Source of the DNA: Escherichia phage DT571/2 | DNA length: 64,000 nucleotides | Sequence record: NC_047749.1 | Reading direction: 5' to 3' (one strand) | Shown: in pieces, positions 7,540 through 16,248 of the stretch | Position numbering within the stretch: position 1 is the stretch's first letter | Layout: the number at the start of each line of letters is the position of its first letter | The notes under the pieces: model-generated | The model's input: only the letters and a program-made list of their open reading frames with translations | Databases searched by the model: none | Told to the model about the DNA's origin: nothing | Program-made: the position numbers and the translations under genes

Positions 7540-9870
7540 TTAAATAGTACAACCGCCTGATGCACAACCGGCTGCTTCTTCACCAGCCCCACCACCATTT
7601 GCAGTGTTGAAGTTAGCATAATACCAAGTTTTCCACCCGTATTTAACAGCAGTCATGAAATCACGAACTACTACTGGGCCAGGAATAATTTCATTCTCAA
7701 ACTTGGTGTAGTCATAGTACATATTCGTACTGATAGACTGACTGAAGAATTTCTGCATAGTTGCTACCCATTTGATCCATTCAATACGATCCACATCGTA
7801 AGCCAGTTTATAGCTCATGAGAGTATCCCAATCAGTTGCACCTGGAGCGATTGCAATTACTTTATTCACTGCACTACCCTTAATAGATACAATCTTACGG
7901 GGTGGTTCAATAGAGTTAGTAACCCCTAACAGAACGGAAGAACTTTCTCCTGGCATCTGAGCAGTCAGAACAGAGTTACGCATACCGTATTTCAGAATAT
8001 CTGCACGCAGAGATTCCCAATCCATTTCTAGACCTACTGATACCAGCTCATCAACAGTTTTCTTGTACGTGTCGATTACCAGAGTTCCTTTGGATGGTTT
8101 AGTACGATTAAACCATTCACATGCACCTTGCTCTTTGGCTAGACGTACAGAGGCTTTATGCAGGAAGTAAGACAGTTTTTCAGCTTCACGATGAATCCAG
8201 TTACGTGCTTCAACGCCTTCATAAGCCAAACCTTCCGCCGCCATTGCACCTGCTGCGTTCATCAGACCAATACCAACGTTACGACGTTTCTTAGCTGTAT
8301 ATTCCATAGTTGGGAACGGATAATCCTGAATTTCAATAATTGTATCAACGAATTTCAGGAGGATGTAGCAAGTTTTTTCCCACTCAGCCAGAGATTCCAT
8401 GCGTCCAAGTACAACACCACCTAAGTTACACAGAGATACTTCACCAATATCCTCCGGCTTCATTTGATCAAGTTGTTCTTTTGTTTTATACAGCTCTGTA
8501 ATGTGGTGGAATGGGCGTGTAGGCTGATTAATTTCAAGGCATAAATTACTCATACGGATTGGATCAAGGAAGTTACCGTGACGATTAGATTCCCCGATGT
8601 GGTGCGCATACATACGTCCTGTTTCCATTCTGATACGTAGCCAAGTATCTAGGATTTCTTTTGCAGAGACTTTAGGAGCTGCTGGAACTGTTTTTCCTTC
8701 ATGGTCGATCTTTGTAAGAGATGCCACACGTTTCTCCGCTGCCACATAGATTTCTTCAAATTTAGCCTCGTCATCACTATAAAACGCTTCATGAACTTCT
8801 GGAGCATAGAAGTATGACATTAGCGTAATATCTTCATTTTTCAGATAACGTTTTAACAAAAGATTATTAAAGTTCAGAGAATAATCCATCTTATCGATTT
8901 TATTCTCGTCTGTAGCACGTTGCTGCTTAACCTGCATCAATTGGATGATTTCAGGGTCAAAGTAAGGATAGGATACAGTAGCAGAACCACCACGAGTTTG
9001 CTGAGTATTAGCCTTTACTGATCGGTCAATGTGTCGATAATATGGCAGTTTTCCGGAATGCGGGAATGCCCCGTTTCGCACCGGATCAGCAATTGATCGG
9101 CTTTCAAGATGATACCCGATTCCCGCTCTGGCTGCAACCATTTTGAAGACGATGTGTTCGGCTGTGTCGATTGAATCCAATGTGTCAGTGGAATCAACGA
9201 GGCAACAACTAGCAAATCCACGGTCACTAGAGCGCAAGCCAACCAATGGCGGCGTAGGAACGTTGATCTTGTGGAGCGACATTGCATTGTAGAGATCGAT
9301 TGCATCTAGAATTGTCCAATTAGGTTGAGATAACATCGCCATTGCCATACCCATATAGGCAAATTGCGGGGTTTCGTAAATTTCGCCAGTTGCGATATTA
9401 CGACGGGAATACTTATCAAAGAATTGTTTCAGTCCTCCACTAGTGAAAAGACGGTCGCGATCATGGTCGATAACCTGATTCAGAGCTTCAAATTGCTCAT
9501 CGGTAATCCATGCACTCATGTCTTCCCATGCACCTACACTAACCATATGATCGTGGAAGAAGCGTAGGGAAGGTGGTTCGAAGGAATCATAAAGACGTTT
9601 ACGCATCTGCGCAAGACGTAATTCCTTTGCGGGCACGTCGTATGCTGGGTTATCTTTGATAAGACTTTCAGCAGCTTTAATTAACGCATCCATCAGAGTA
9701 TCGGAATCTACAACCCCTTTAGGTAGAGTTTTTTGAGCAGCCATAGTAATGGCTGACCAACTTACATCAACTGTTTTGCAACCATACTCTGCCCAACCAT
9801 TGAGTTTTTCAGGAGCAAAGTCTTCTACAGTACCGTCACGTTTAATTACTTTTTCAATGCGATGGCTCAT
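7540..9870 (-). CDS. nrdA: Ribonucleotide reductase class Ia alpha subunit
   Basis: ATP-cone N-terminus (MSHRIEKVIKRDG), catalytic core; start moved to ATG at 9870 with AAAGGA RBS rather than track start 9975. Confidence 0.93.
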   Translation of the reverse strand: MSHRIEKVIKRDGTVEDFAPEKLNGWAEYGCKTVDVSWSAITMAAQKTLPKGVVDSDTLMDALIKAAESLIKDNPAYDVPAKELRLAQMRKRLYDSFEPPSLRFFHDHMVSVGAWEDMSAWITDEQFEALNQVIDHDRDRLFTSGGLKQFFDKYSRRNIATGEIYETPQFAYMGMAMAMLSQPNWTILDAIDLYNAMSLHKINVPTPPLVGLRSSDRGFASCCLVDSTDTLDSIDTAEHIVFKMVAARAGIGYHLESRSIADPVRNGAFPHSGKLPYYRHIDRSVKANTQQTRGGSATVSYPYFDPEIIQLMQVKQQRATDENKIDKMDYSLNFNNLLLKRYLKNEDITLMSYFYAPEVHEAFYSDDEAKFEEIYVAAEKRVASLTKIDHEGKTVPAAPKVSAKEILDTWLRIRMETGRMYAHHIGESNRHGNFLDPIRMSNLCLEINQPTRPFHHITELYKTKEQLDQMKPEDIGEVSLCNLGGVVLGRMESLAEWEKTCYILLKFVDTIIEIQDYPFPTMEYTAKKRRNVGIGLMNAAGAMAAEGLAYEGVEARNWIHREAEKLSYFLHKASVRLAKEQGACEWFNRTKPSKGTLVIDTYKKTVDELVSVGLEMDWESLRADILKYGMRNSVLTAQMPGESSSVLLGVTNSIEPPRKIVSIKGSAVNKVIAIAPGATDWDTLMSYKLAYDVDRIEWIKWVATMQKFFSQSISTNMYYDYTKFENEIIPGPVVVRDFMTAVKYGWKTWYYANFNTANGGGAGEEAAGCASGGCTI

Positions 9871-9908
9871 TTGGTTTTCCTTTTTATGGTTATCAGGATT
9901 TAGGAAAT

Positions 9909-9937
9909 AGTTTACTTTATTCTCAGTCATTTGGCAA
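9909..9937 (-). promoter_or_regulatory. Candidate promoter TTGCCA-17-TAAACT upstream of nrdA
   Basis: Weaker -10; A-tract upstream. Confidence 0.4.
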
Positions 9938-10014
9938 ATAAAATTTTCTGATAGAAAAGGCCCGAGTATTTTCATACCCAGGCCTTCTGTGTTGTCAGTC
10001 TAGTTTTTGGCCAC

Positions 10015-10212
10015 TTAAGTTCTCAGCAGAATATCTATTGAGGTACTTAGTTCATTATAATTGAAGGGCCGATTTGGATTTGAGGTTACAATTTTCCACG
10101 CTAGGGTAGTCTTAGGACTATCTTCCCCTTCCTTACGTGTAATCATATTAGCAGCACTCAATGAGGTATGATGAATTTTAGTTTTTCGGCGTAGATGTAC
10201 AACGTTTCCCAT
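10015..10212 (-). CDS. Small hypothetical protein (65 aa)
   Basis: ATG immediately after phoH stop with GGAAGG RBS; track ORF 10015-10281 overlaps phoH so internal start preferred. Confidence 0.35.
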   Translation of the reverse strand: MGNVVHLRRKTKIHHTSLSAANMITRKEGEDSPKTTLAWKIVTSNPNRPFNYNELSTSIDILLRT

Positions 10213-10213
10213 A

Positions 10214-10966
10214 CTACACCTTCCCCATGTCTTTAAAAATATCGTAGAATGCTTTAGACTCAGCAGAACGAACGTTATCAATCAATTCGATCATTGAGAA
10301 TGGGGCATTTTCATACTTCTCATAAACTTCCATAAGAAGTGCTAGACCTGAGTCACCTTTAATGTCTTTTTGGGCTATATCTCCGCAGATAATTAAACGG
10401 CAGTCTTGTCCTACACGAGTTAGGAGACAAACCATTGCCTCAACGGAAATATTCTGAGCTTCATCGACAATTACATAGGAGTTGTTGAAAGTTCTGCCAC
10501 GAGCATGTTCTATAGCCAAAAATTTAATTTTCTGACGTTCGACATATCCCTTATAGGCGTGATCACCGATGGCCCATTTCATACCATCAGCTATTGGCTC
10601 CAACCAAGGCTCTAGCTTTTCTGCTAGATCACCAGGAAGCATACCAAGAGACTTACCTAGAGGTTCATTAGGACGGACGAGAATCACTTGCTCAATATCT
10701 GAGTGAATGTCTACGAGTTCCTGAGCTGCAAGAACGGACGGAATAAAGGTTTTGCCAGTACCTGGCTCACCGATACCCACAGTCACTGTGTTGTTCTTGA
10801 TCATATTGATATATGATTTTTGCTCGCGGTTTTTACCTACTAGGGATTTAGCAACTGGGTTGACGTAATCATTAGAAAAATCAGCCTGAATTACGTTACT
10901 CTCATATTTGTTGCCACGCTTTCTTGAACCATTGCGGTTCTCTCTTTTTTGACGTGCTTTTCCCAT
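10214..10966 (-). CDS. phoH: PhoH-like ATPase
   Basis: Walker A GEPGTGKT, PhoH family length; ATG at 10966 with AGGAG RBS. Confidence 0.9.
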   Translation of the reverse strand: MGKARQKRENRNGSRKRGNKYESNVIQADFSNDYVNPVAKSLVGKNREQKSYINMIKNNTVTVGIGEPGTGKTFIPSVLAAQELVDIHSDIEQVILVRPNEPLGKSLGMLPGDLAEKLEPWLEPIADGMKWAIGDHAYKGYVERQKIKFLAIEHARGRTFNNSYVIVDEAQNISVEAMVCLLTRVGQDCRLIICGDIAQKDIKGDSGLALLMEVYEKYENAPFSMIELIDNVRSAESKAFYDIFKDMGKV

Positions 10967-11041
10967 AAATAACACTCCTATAGTGTACTTTGCTTCTAAC
11001 AGAGGATCAACAAAAGATCTTGTTTATCAACTTACAAATAT

Positions 11042-11070
11042 ATTATACCAGTATATACAGTAAAAAGCAA
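11042..11070 (-). promoter_or_regulatory. Sigma70-type promoter TTGCTT-17-TATAAT for phoH (divergent region)
   Basis: Hexamers and spacing. Confidence 0.6.
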
Positions 11071-11115
11071 CTACAATTTTAAATAAGCCTATGATATTGC
11101 ATTTAAATAAAAAAT

Positions 11116-11144
11116 TTGCTTGCTTATAAAGGTAAAAGTATGAT
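11116..11144 (+). promoter_or_regulatory. Candidate promoter TTGCTT-17-TATGAT (upstream of nrdD)
   Basis: Hexamers and spacing; AAAAAATT A-tract. Confidence 0.4.
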
Positions 11145-11207
11145 ACTAGATAATCATTTATTTATACGCGAAATACTACAGTATTAGATGGCGAAAGAAA
11201 AATTTAA

Positions 11208-11236
11208 TTGACATAGTGGGTAATATTTAGTATAAT
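11208..11236 (+). promoter_or_regulatory. Perfect-consensus sigma70 promoter TTGACA-17-TATAAT upstream of nrdD
   Basis: Exact consensus hexamers; ~130-nt leader before nrdD ATG. Confidence 0.7.
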
Positions 11237-11370
11237 AAGTGTAAAAATTCTGAGGAGAAAACTAACCCACAGTAACTACTGTAAAGAGTAGAACTGTCAG
11301 TACAGAAGTTTTAACGGGGGTATAGAGGTCCTCGGTACTGTAGCTACAAAATTTATAGAGGAAATAATTA

Positions 11371-13197
11371 ATGACAGAGAATGAATTAATTGAGAATTGC
11401 AAAGGTCTGCTCACTCTAACTGCGGATAAAGACTTACAACATAATAATGCTAATAAGCCTAGTGAGATGTTCCATACTCAAAGAGACTTATTGGCCGGAG
11501 AAATCAACAAGTATCTAGTATCGCAGGAATTACCCAAACATCTATTAGACGCCCATAATCTAGGTAAGATACACATTCATGATATGGATTACAGAGCACA
11601 GGGGTACACTAACTGTTGCTTAGTAGACCTTGGTGGCATGCTGAAGAATGGTACTAAAATTGGTAATGCAAATATTGAAACTCCTAAATCCATAACTACT
11701 GCATGTGCAATCACTGCTCAGATTATTGCACAAGTATCTGGTGCTCAGTATGGTGGCACCTCTATTGATCGTATCGACGAGGTTCTAGCCCCGTATGTCA
11801 GAAAGTCTTACAATAAACATCTGGGTCGTGGTCTACGTTGGCTCAAGGATGAAAGAAAAGCTGCCGTGTACGCTACTGAGCTTACTGAAAAAGAGTGTTA
11901 TGATGCATTCCAAGCCCTAGAGTATGAAACTAATTCATTATTTAACTCTAACGGACAGACTCCTTTTGTTACGCTTGGCTTTGGGCTAGGACAGGGGTGG
12001 GAGGAAAGGATGATTCAGAAAGCCATCCTCCAAAATCGTATTAAAGGTTTAGGTGCTGCTGAGTCAACCCCTATCTTCCCTAAACTAGTATTCTCAGTTA
12101 AAGAAGGATTAAATAAAAATCCAGGCGATCCTAACTACGATATAAAACAGCTAGCACTTGAGTGTTCTGCTACCCGTATGTACCCGGACTATTTAAGTTA
12201 CGAGAAAGTTGTAGCTGTTACTGGTGATTTTAAAGCTCCTATGGGTTGTCGTAGTTTTTTATCTGCTATCCCCTCTGGAGAAATTGCAGGGCGTAATAAT
12301 TTAGGTGTAGTGTCTATCAATCTACCTATGGTTGCTGCTGAGGCAGATGGAGTTTTTGAAGATTTCTGGGATATTCTAGACAAATATGTGGATGAGGCTT
12401 TTGAAGCACATGACTTCTTCTTAAACAGACTGAAGAAAGTTAAGGCTAAACAAGCCCCTATTCTTTATATGCACGGTGGTTTTGGTGTACGTTTAGATGG
12501 GGAAGAGTATGTATGGCCTATTTTTGAAGGTAGATCCTCTGTATCTCTTGGGTATATTGGGGTCTATGAGATGTGTCAAATAATGTTTAGTTTACCACAG
12601 ACTCATAGGGACTGTATTGAATTTACAGAGGAGGTTCTCACTCACCTAAAAAATCGTTGCGAAGTTAAAGCTAATGAGACTAATCTTGGGTTTAGCTTGT
12701 ATGCAACTCCTAGTGAGTCTCTATGTAATCGCTTTAATAAACTACTGGAACGTAGGTTCCCTGAGTATTCTTGGCTAACAGATAAAGGTTATCTCACTAA
12801 TAGTCATCATTTGGACGTAAGGGAGAAGGTAGCTCCAGATACTAAATTTGAGTATGAAGCTCATTTCACCAAAATAGCTAATGGTGGTAATATATCATTT
12901 GTGGAACTACCACAAATGAAAAAGTTCCATAAAGCTCTTGAATACGTAGTAGATAAGGGACTAGAATGTAGCCATTATATTGGTGTTAATATACCGATTG
13001 ATGAGTGCTTCAACTGTGGGTATATGGGTGAATCTGTTGCCTCTGAACGTGGGTTTGTATGTCCGAGTTGTGGATCTGAAGAAATAGAGGTTACACGTAG
13101 GGTTTGCGGGTACCTGGGGTCCCCGGGCAGTAGGCCTTTCAATTCTGGGAAACAAAAAGAAGTGCTTGGTAGAGTAAAACACTTAAATCTTAAGTAA
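11371..13197 (+). CDS. nrdD: Anaerobic ribonucleoside-triphosphate reductase (class III)
   Basis: C-terminal glycyl-radical motif RVCGYLG, Cys-rich Zn site CPSCG; 608 aa. Confidence 0.93.
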   Translation: MTENELIENCKGLLTLTADKDLQHNNANKPSEMFHTQRDLLAGEINKYLVSQELPKHLLDAHNLGKIHIHDMDYRAQGYTNCCLVDLGGMLKNGTKIGNANIETPKSITTACAITAQIIAQVSGAQYGGTSIDRIDEVLAPYVRKSYNKHLGRGLRWLKDERKAAVYATELTEKECYDAFQALEYETNSLFNSNGQTPFVTLGFGLGQGWEERMIQKAILQNRIKGLGAAESTPIFPKLVFSVKEGLNKNPGDPNYDIKQLALECSATRMYPDYLSYEKVVAVTGDFKAPMGCRSFLSAIPSGEIAGRNNLGVVSINLPMVAAEADGVFEDFWDILDKYVDEAFEAHDFFLNRLKKVKAKQAPILYMHGGFGVRLDGEEYVWPIFEGRSSVSLGYIGVYEMCQIMFSLPQTHRDCIEFTEEVLTHLKNRCEVKANETNLGFSLYATPSESLCNRFNKLLERRFPEYSWLTDKGYLTNSHHLDVREKVAPDTKFEYEAHFTKIANGGNISFVELPQMKKFHKALEYVVDKGLECSHYIGVNIPIDECFNCGYMGESVASERGFVCPSCGSEEIEVTRRVCGYLGSPGSRPFNSGKQKEVLGRVKHLNLK

Positions 13198-13204
13198 GCT
13201 AATC

Positions 13205-13240
13205 AGCCAGGTTGCTAGTCGACCTGGCTTTTATTTTATT
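13205..13240 (+). terminator. Intrinsic terminator after nrdD
   Basis: AGCCAGGT-loop-ACCTGGCT followed by TTTTATTTTATT. Confidence 0.75.
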
Positions 13241-13268
13241 TGCTTTCAGCCAAAAATTTATATATAAT
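13240..13268 (+). promoter_or_regulatory. Sigma70-type promoter TTGCTT-17-TATAAT for Sir2-like operon
   Basis: Hexamers/spacing; conserved downstream AAATTTGAGAGGAG element. Confidence 0.65.
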
Positions 13269-13296
13269 AGATTTGTAAATTTGAGAGGAGAAAGCT

Positions 13297-13509
13297 ATGA
13301 GGATTCATAAGGTAGATAAAGATCGTATCTATTTTGTTATGGACTCCGGAGCATATGGATCTATTCTAAGAGAAGATGTTACTAAATTTTGCTTAATAAA
13401 TACTTGGATGGATAAGGAGAAGATTGACCCTAGATCAGGCATATGCTTATCGGAACCAGCTCTTTTAATTGCAAATGCAGAAATTGAATTGTTTGAGGAC
13501 ATAGAATGA
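13297..13509 (+). CDS. Hypothetical protein (70 aa), first gene of Sir2-like operon
   Basis: GAGAGGAGAAAG RBS; promoter 13240-13268. Confidence 0.5.
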   Translation: MRIHKVDKDRIYFVMDSGAYGSILREDVTKFCLINTWMDKEKIDPRSGICLSEPALLIANAEIELFEDIE

Positions 13510-13736
13510 AAAACGTAAAACACCTTAAATATCGCTTAATTTATAACGGACGTATGGAAACAGAAGAGCTAGCTCAATTAGCTATTAACTCTAATGAGGT
13601 TATGGTGCGTGCGCTAGCAATTGAAAAGTTGCGTGCTTCTTATGAAAGCCGTATTATGCGGCTGGAGGAAACCCTTTATGGACTTCTTGAATCAGAAGCT
13701 AGAAGCAACCCAGAGGACAGGCCTACTAAGCAATAG
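13506..13736 (+). CDS. Hypothetical protein (76 aa)
   Basis: ATGA start/stop overlap with upstream ORF (translational coupling). Confidence 0.5.
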   Translation: MKNVKHLKYRLIYNGRMETEELAQLAINSNEVMVRALAIEKLRASYESRIMRLEETLYGLLESEARSNPEDRPTKQ

Positions 13737-13789
13737 AAGGTATGTATATAGGGAGTAATTTTACCTCAAAACATTATCGAAGGATTTAA

Positions 13790-14629
13790 GTGAGGAATTG
13801 TACAGTGCGTAGATTAATTATTATTAGCGGTGCAGGTTTGAGTGTTGAAAGTGGTGTACGAGCCTTCCGTACTGATACTGCTAGTGGTAAAGCATTGTGG
13901 GATGATTATGATCTAGAAGAAGTATGTAATATTCATGCCTTTCGGGGTAATTTTTACCATAAAACCCACACGTTTTACAACAAACGTCGTGAAGAGTTAG
14001 AAACTGTTGAACCCAATCTTGCACACTTGCGTATTGGTGAATGGTATAAGAAATACCCAGGTCAAGTAGTAAACTTGACTACTAACGTTGATGATCTTAT
14101 TGAGCGTGCTGGCGTTCCACATAGTGACATTCTGCACATTCATGGATACTTAAAGGAGGTTGTTGTAGCTGATAGCTACAACAGTAGTAATAAACGAATT
14201 ATTGATGTTGGGTATAACTCTATTGACCCAGATGATTATAAATGGGTTAAACCTAATGTAGTCTTCTTTGGTGAGCATGCTCCAGCGTACGCAGAAATGT
14301 ATAATATTTTTGATGGTATTACCAGTCAAGATATGATCATTATGGTTGGTTGCTCTAACCAAGTAATTAACTTCTACTGGGAATTATTCCCTGTTCTTAA
14401 TCTGACTGCTGCAAAACTTATGGTGGTTAACTACTACGATAGTGCTCTAGCGGTGGGACCAGGCTATCAAGGTATGACTCGTAGTGAGATGTACCAACTG
14501 GAAGAACGGGGTATTCCTTACTGGGGTAAAGGTGCGGTAGATGCTTTCAGTGACCCTGATTTTATTGCTCGTGTGGAAGCCCATCTAGAGGGTAGACCTT
14601 ATATGCCGGGAAAACAGATATGTCCATAG
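13790..14629 (+). CDS. Sir2-family (sirtuin-like) NAD-dependent protein
   Basis: GAGLSVESGVRAFR (NAD-binding), TTNVDDL, catalytic HG in HIHGYL, VVFFGE; no Zn Cys4 module seen; GTG start (alternative GTG at ~13805). Confidence 0.8.
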   Translation: MRNCTVRRLIIISGAGLSVESGVRAFRTDTASGKALWDDYDLEEVCNIHAFRGNFYHKTHTFYNKRREELETVEPNLAHLRIGEWYKKYPGQVVNLTTNVDDLIERAGVPHSDILHIHGYLKEVVVADSYNSSNKRIIDVGYNSIDPDDYKWVKPNVVFFGEHAPAYAEMYNIFDGITSQDMIIMVGCSNQVINFYWELFPVLNLTAAKLMVVNYYDSALAVGPGYQGMTRSEMYQLEERGIPYWGKGAVDAFSDPDFIARVEAHLEGRPYMPGKQICP

Positions 14630-14802
14630 TTAAATCTGTGTATACACATCCCGATGATATATTTGTATGGGCGGATGGTAGTTGGTGTTATCGATGTGAG
14701 TTATGGGAAATGGACTATAAATCCGATGACTATGGTGTCATATATGTTGATACGGTTGAGTATGATATGTTCTTAGAAAGGAACAAAAATGGAAATAAGT
14801 AA
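14620..14802 (+). CDS. Small hypothetical protein (60 aa)
   Basis: Overlaps end of Sir2-like gene and start of HAD-like gene. Confidence 0.4.
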   Translation: MSIVKSVYTHPDDIFVWADGSWCYRCELWEMDYKSDDYGVIYVDTVEYDMFLERNKNGNK

Positions 14803-15295
14803 TACTCCAATTATTTTTCTAGACATTGATGGGGTGCTCAACTCGAGCATCTCCCATCACCATGCACCTGATGATGAAAAGATTTTCTTTGGAAGTGACT
14901 GGGTTTTTAAACCGCTTCTCAAGGCTTTTCAGGACTTTATTCGTCCTTCTCCAATAATGATTGTTGGGGTATCTTCATGGTTCTCTGTCAGGAATGAGGT
15001 GGAGAACGTTCAGATTATGACCAGATTAGATCTTATCGATCGTTTTCTTGGTATAACGGATTTTACTGGTGGTGGGCTATCTAGGGGTAATTCTGTTCTT
15101 CGCTTCGTCGAAAAGCATAAGCTCAAACATTGGTGTGTGCTGGATGATGCTGGTGCTATGATGTATCAGTATCCAACAGTTATAGTCAACGGTAGAACTG
15201 GAATAAATCTTCAAGACTTAAGAGCTGTTAGCTATATGTTAGAATTTAGTCCAGATCTTGAAATGTGTAAAGCCCTACAACAATTTAAGGTGTAA
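14789..15295 (+). CDS. HAD-superfamily phosphatase-like protein
   Basis: Motif I FLDIDGVLN (DxDG), motif IV VLDDAG; AGGAAC RBS. Confidence 0.65.
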   Translation: MEISNTPIIFLDIDGVLNSSISHHHAPDDEKIFFGSDWVFKPLLKAFQDFIRPSPIMIVGVSSWFSVRNEVENVQIMTRLDLIDRFLGITDFTGGGLSRGNSVLRFVEKHKLKHWCVLDDAGAMMYQYPTVIVNGRTGINLQDLRAVSYMLEFSPDLEMCKALQQFKV

Positions 15296-15297
15296 AT

Positions 15298-15726
15298 ATG
15301 TTCAATAATGTATTCTCTAAAGAAGCTAACCCAATATTGGTTAATTTTTGGCGTACTCTTCCAGCCAACCTGTACAATGAGGCTATTAATGCTCTGAAAA
15401 TATGGTGTGAGAATAATGAAATCTCCTTTGCTTTTAAGGATGAGATTGAAGAAGCTCCCTGTATTGGTTTAATTGTGCAGGTAGAGGATGGCTTTGAAGA
15501 GATTATCGGATGGAAAGAGCTGGATGAAATGGGATTGGTTTTTGCATTAAACTATAAGCTATTTATGCCCAATAAACACCGTATTGTTGTTAATTATAAA
15601 ACCAGTGAATCTCCGGGCTTTCAAGTTAATGAACATTACGGTTGGTCTTACTCACCGGAAGAAGTAAATGATGGTATCCAAAGACTTCGTCGTTTTGGTT
15701 ATCAAATTCCGGGTTTAACCGCCTAA
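15298..15726 (+). CDS. Hypothetical protein, paralogue A of tandem pair
   Basis: Shares W-x-EL-x-x-MGL-x-x-ALN-x-x-LF-x-P ... PGL core with next ORF. Confidence 0.7.
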   Translation: MFNNVFSKEANPILVNFWRTLPANLYNEAINALKIWCENNEISFAFKDEIEEAPCIGLIVQVEDGFEEIIGWKELDEMGLVFALNYKLFMPNKHRIVVNYKTSESPGFQVNEHYGWSYSPEEVNDGIQRLRRFGYQIPGLTA

Positions 15727-15735
15727 GGGGACACA

Positions 15736-16128
15736 ATGGAACAAGTATATTGGCGTCAGATTGATCCTAGTTTGGTGAAGAGTGCGGAGAAGCTGCTACA
15801 ACGTTGGTTGGGGGTAAGACAAGCCTCCTTCACTTTTCCGGAGCAGCAAATAGACGATCCCTGTGTTGGTGTTTTCCTATCAGGCTACGCTAGGGAAGTG
15901 GAATTGGATTGGAATGAATTGTCTGCTATGGGTTTAATTGTTGCACTAAATTTCTCTTTGTTCCATCCACGTGGGTTGGCAATATGTCGTGTGCCTGATG
16001 ACGGTTGTTCGCCCCATCTTTTACAGGTGGAAGATGATATTTGGGAGTACCCTCCAGATATTCTCAAAGAAGCTAAAGAACAATTAAATCGTGTTGGGAT
16101 TTATGTTCCAGGCCTGAATGATGAATGA
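15736..16128 (+). CDS. Hypothetical protein, paralogue B of tandem pair
   Basis: Homologous to 15298-15726 product; AAGGGGA RBS; followed by terminator. Confidence 0.7.
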   Translation: MEQVYWRQIDPSLVKSAEKLLQRWLGVRQASFTFPEQQIDDPCVGVFLSGYAREVELDWNELSAMGLIVALNFSLFHPRGLAICRVPDDGCSPHLLQVEDDIWEYPPDILKEAKEQLNRVGIYVPGLNDE

Positions 16129-16151
16129 TTTTTATTAGCTGAACTCTGATT

Positions 16152-16176
16152 ACCGAGTCATTTTGGCTCGGTTTTC
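16152..16176 (+). terminator. Intrinsic terminator after Sir2-like operon
   Basis: ACCGAG-loop-CTCGGT followed by TTTTCTCT. Confidence 0.55.
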
Positions 16177-16219
16177 TCTATGCTCAAAGACACTGGTAGC
16201 AGCCCCTGGAAAAATTTAC

Positions 16220-16248
16220 TTGCTTGATGCTCAAAATCTTGATATAAT
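16220..16248 (+). promoter_or_regulatory. Sigma70-type promoter TTGCTT-17-TATAAT preceding ~600-nt non-coding region
   Basis: Hexamers/spacing, AAAAATTT A-tract. Confidence 0.65.

Noticed and set aside
11260-11350. Possible LexA or NrdR operator in nrdD leader (ACTGT/ACAGT motifs)
   Set aside because: Spacing does not match CTGT-N8-ACAG LexA boxes or the NrdR-box palindrome; left as unexplained inverted motifs.
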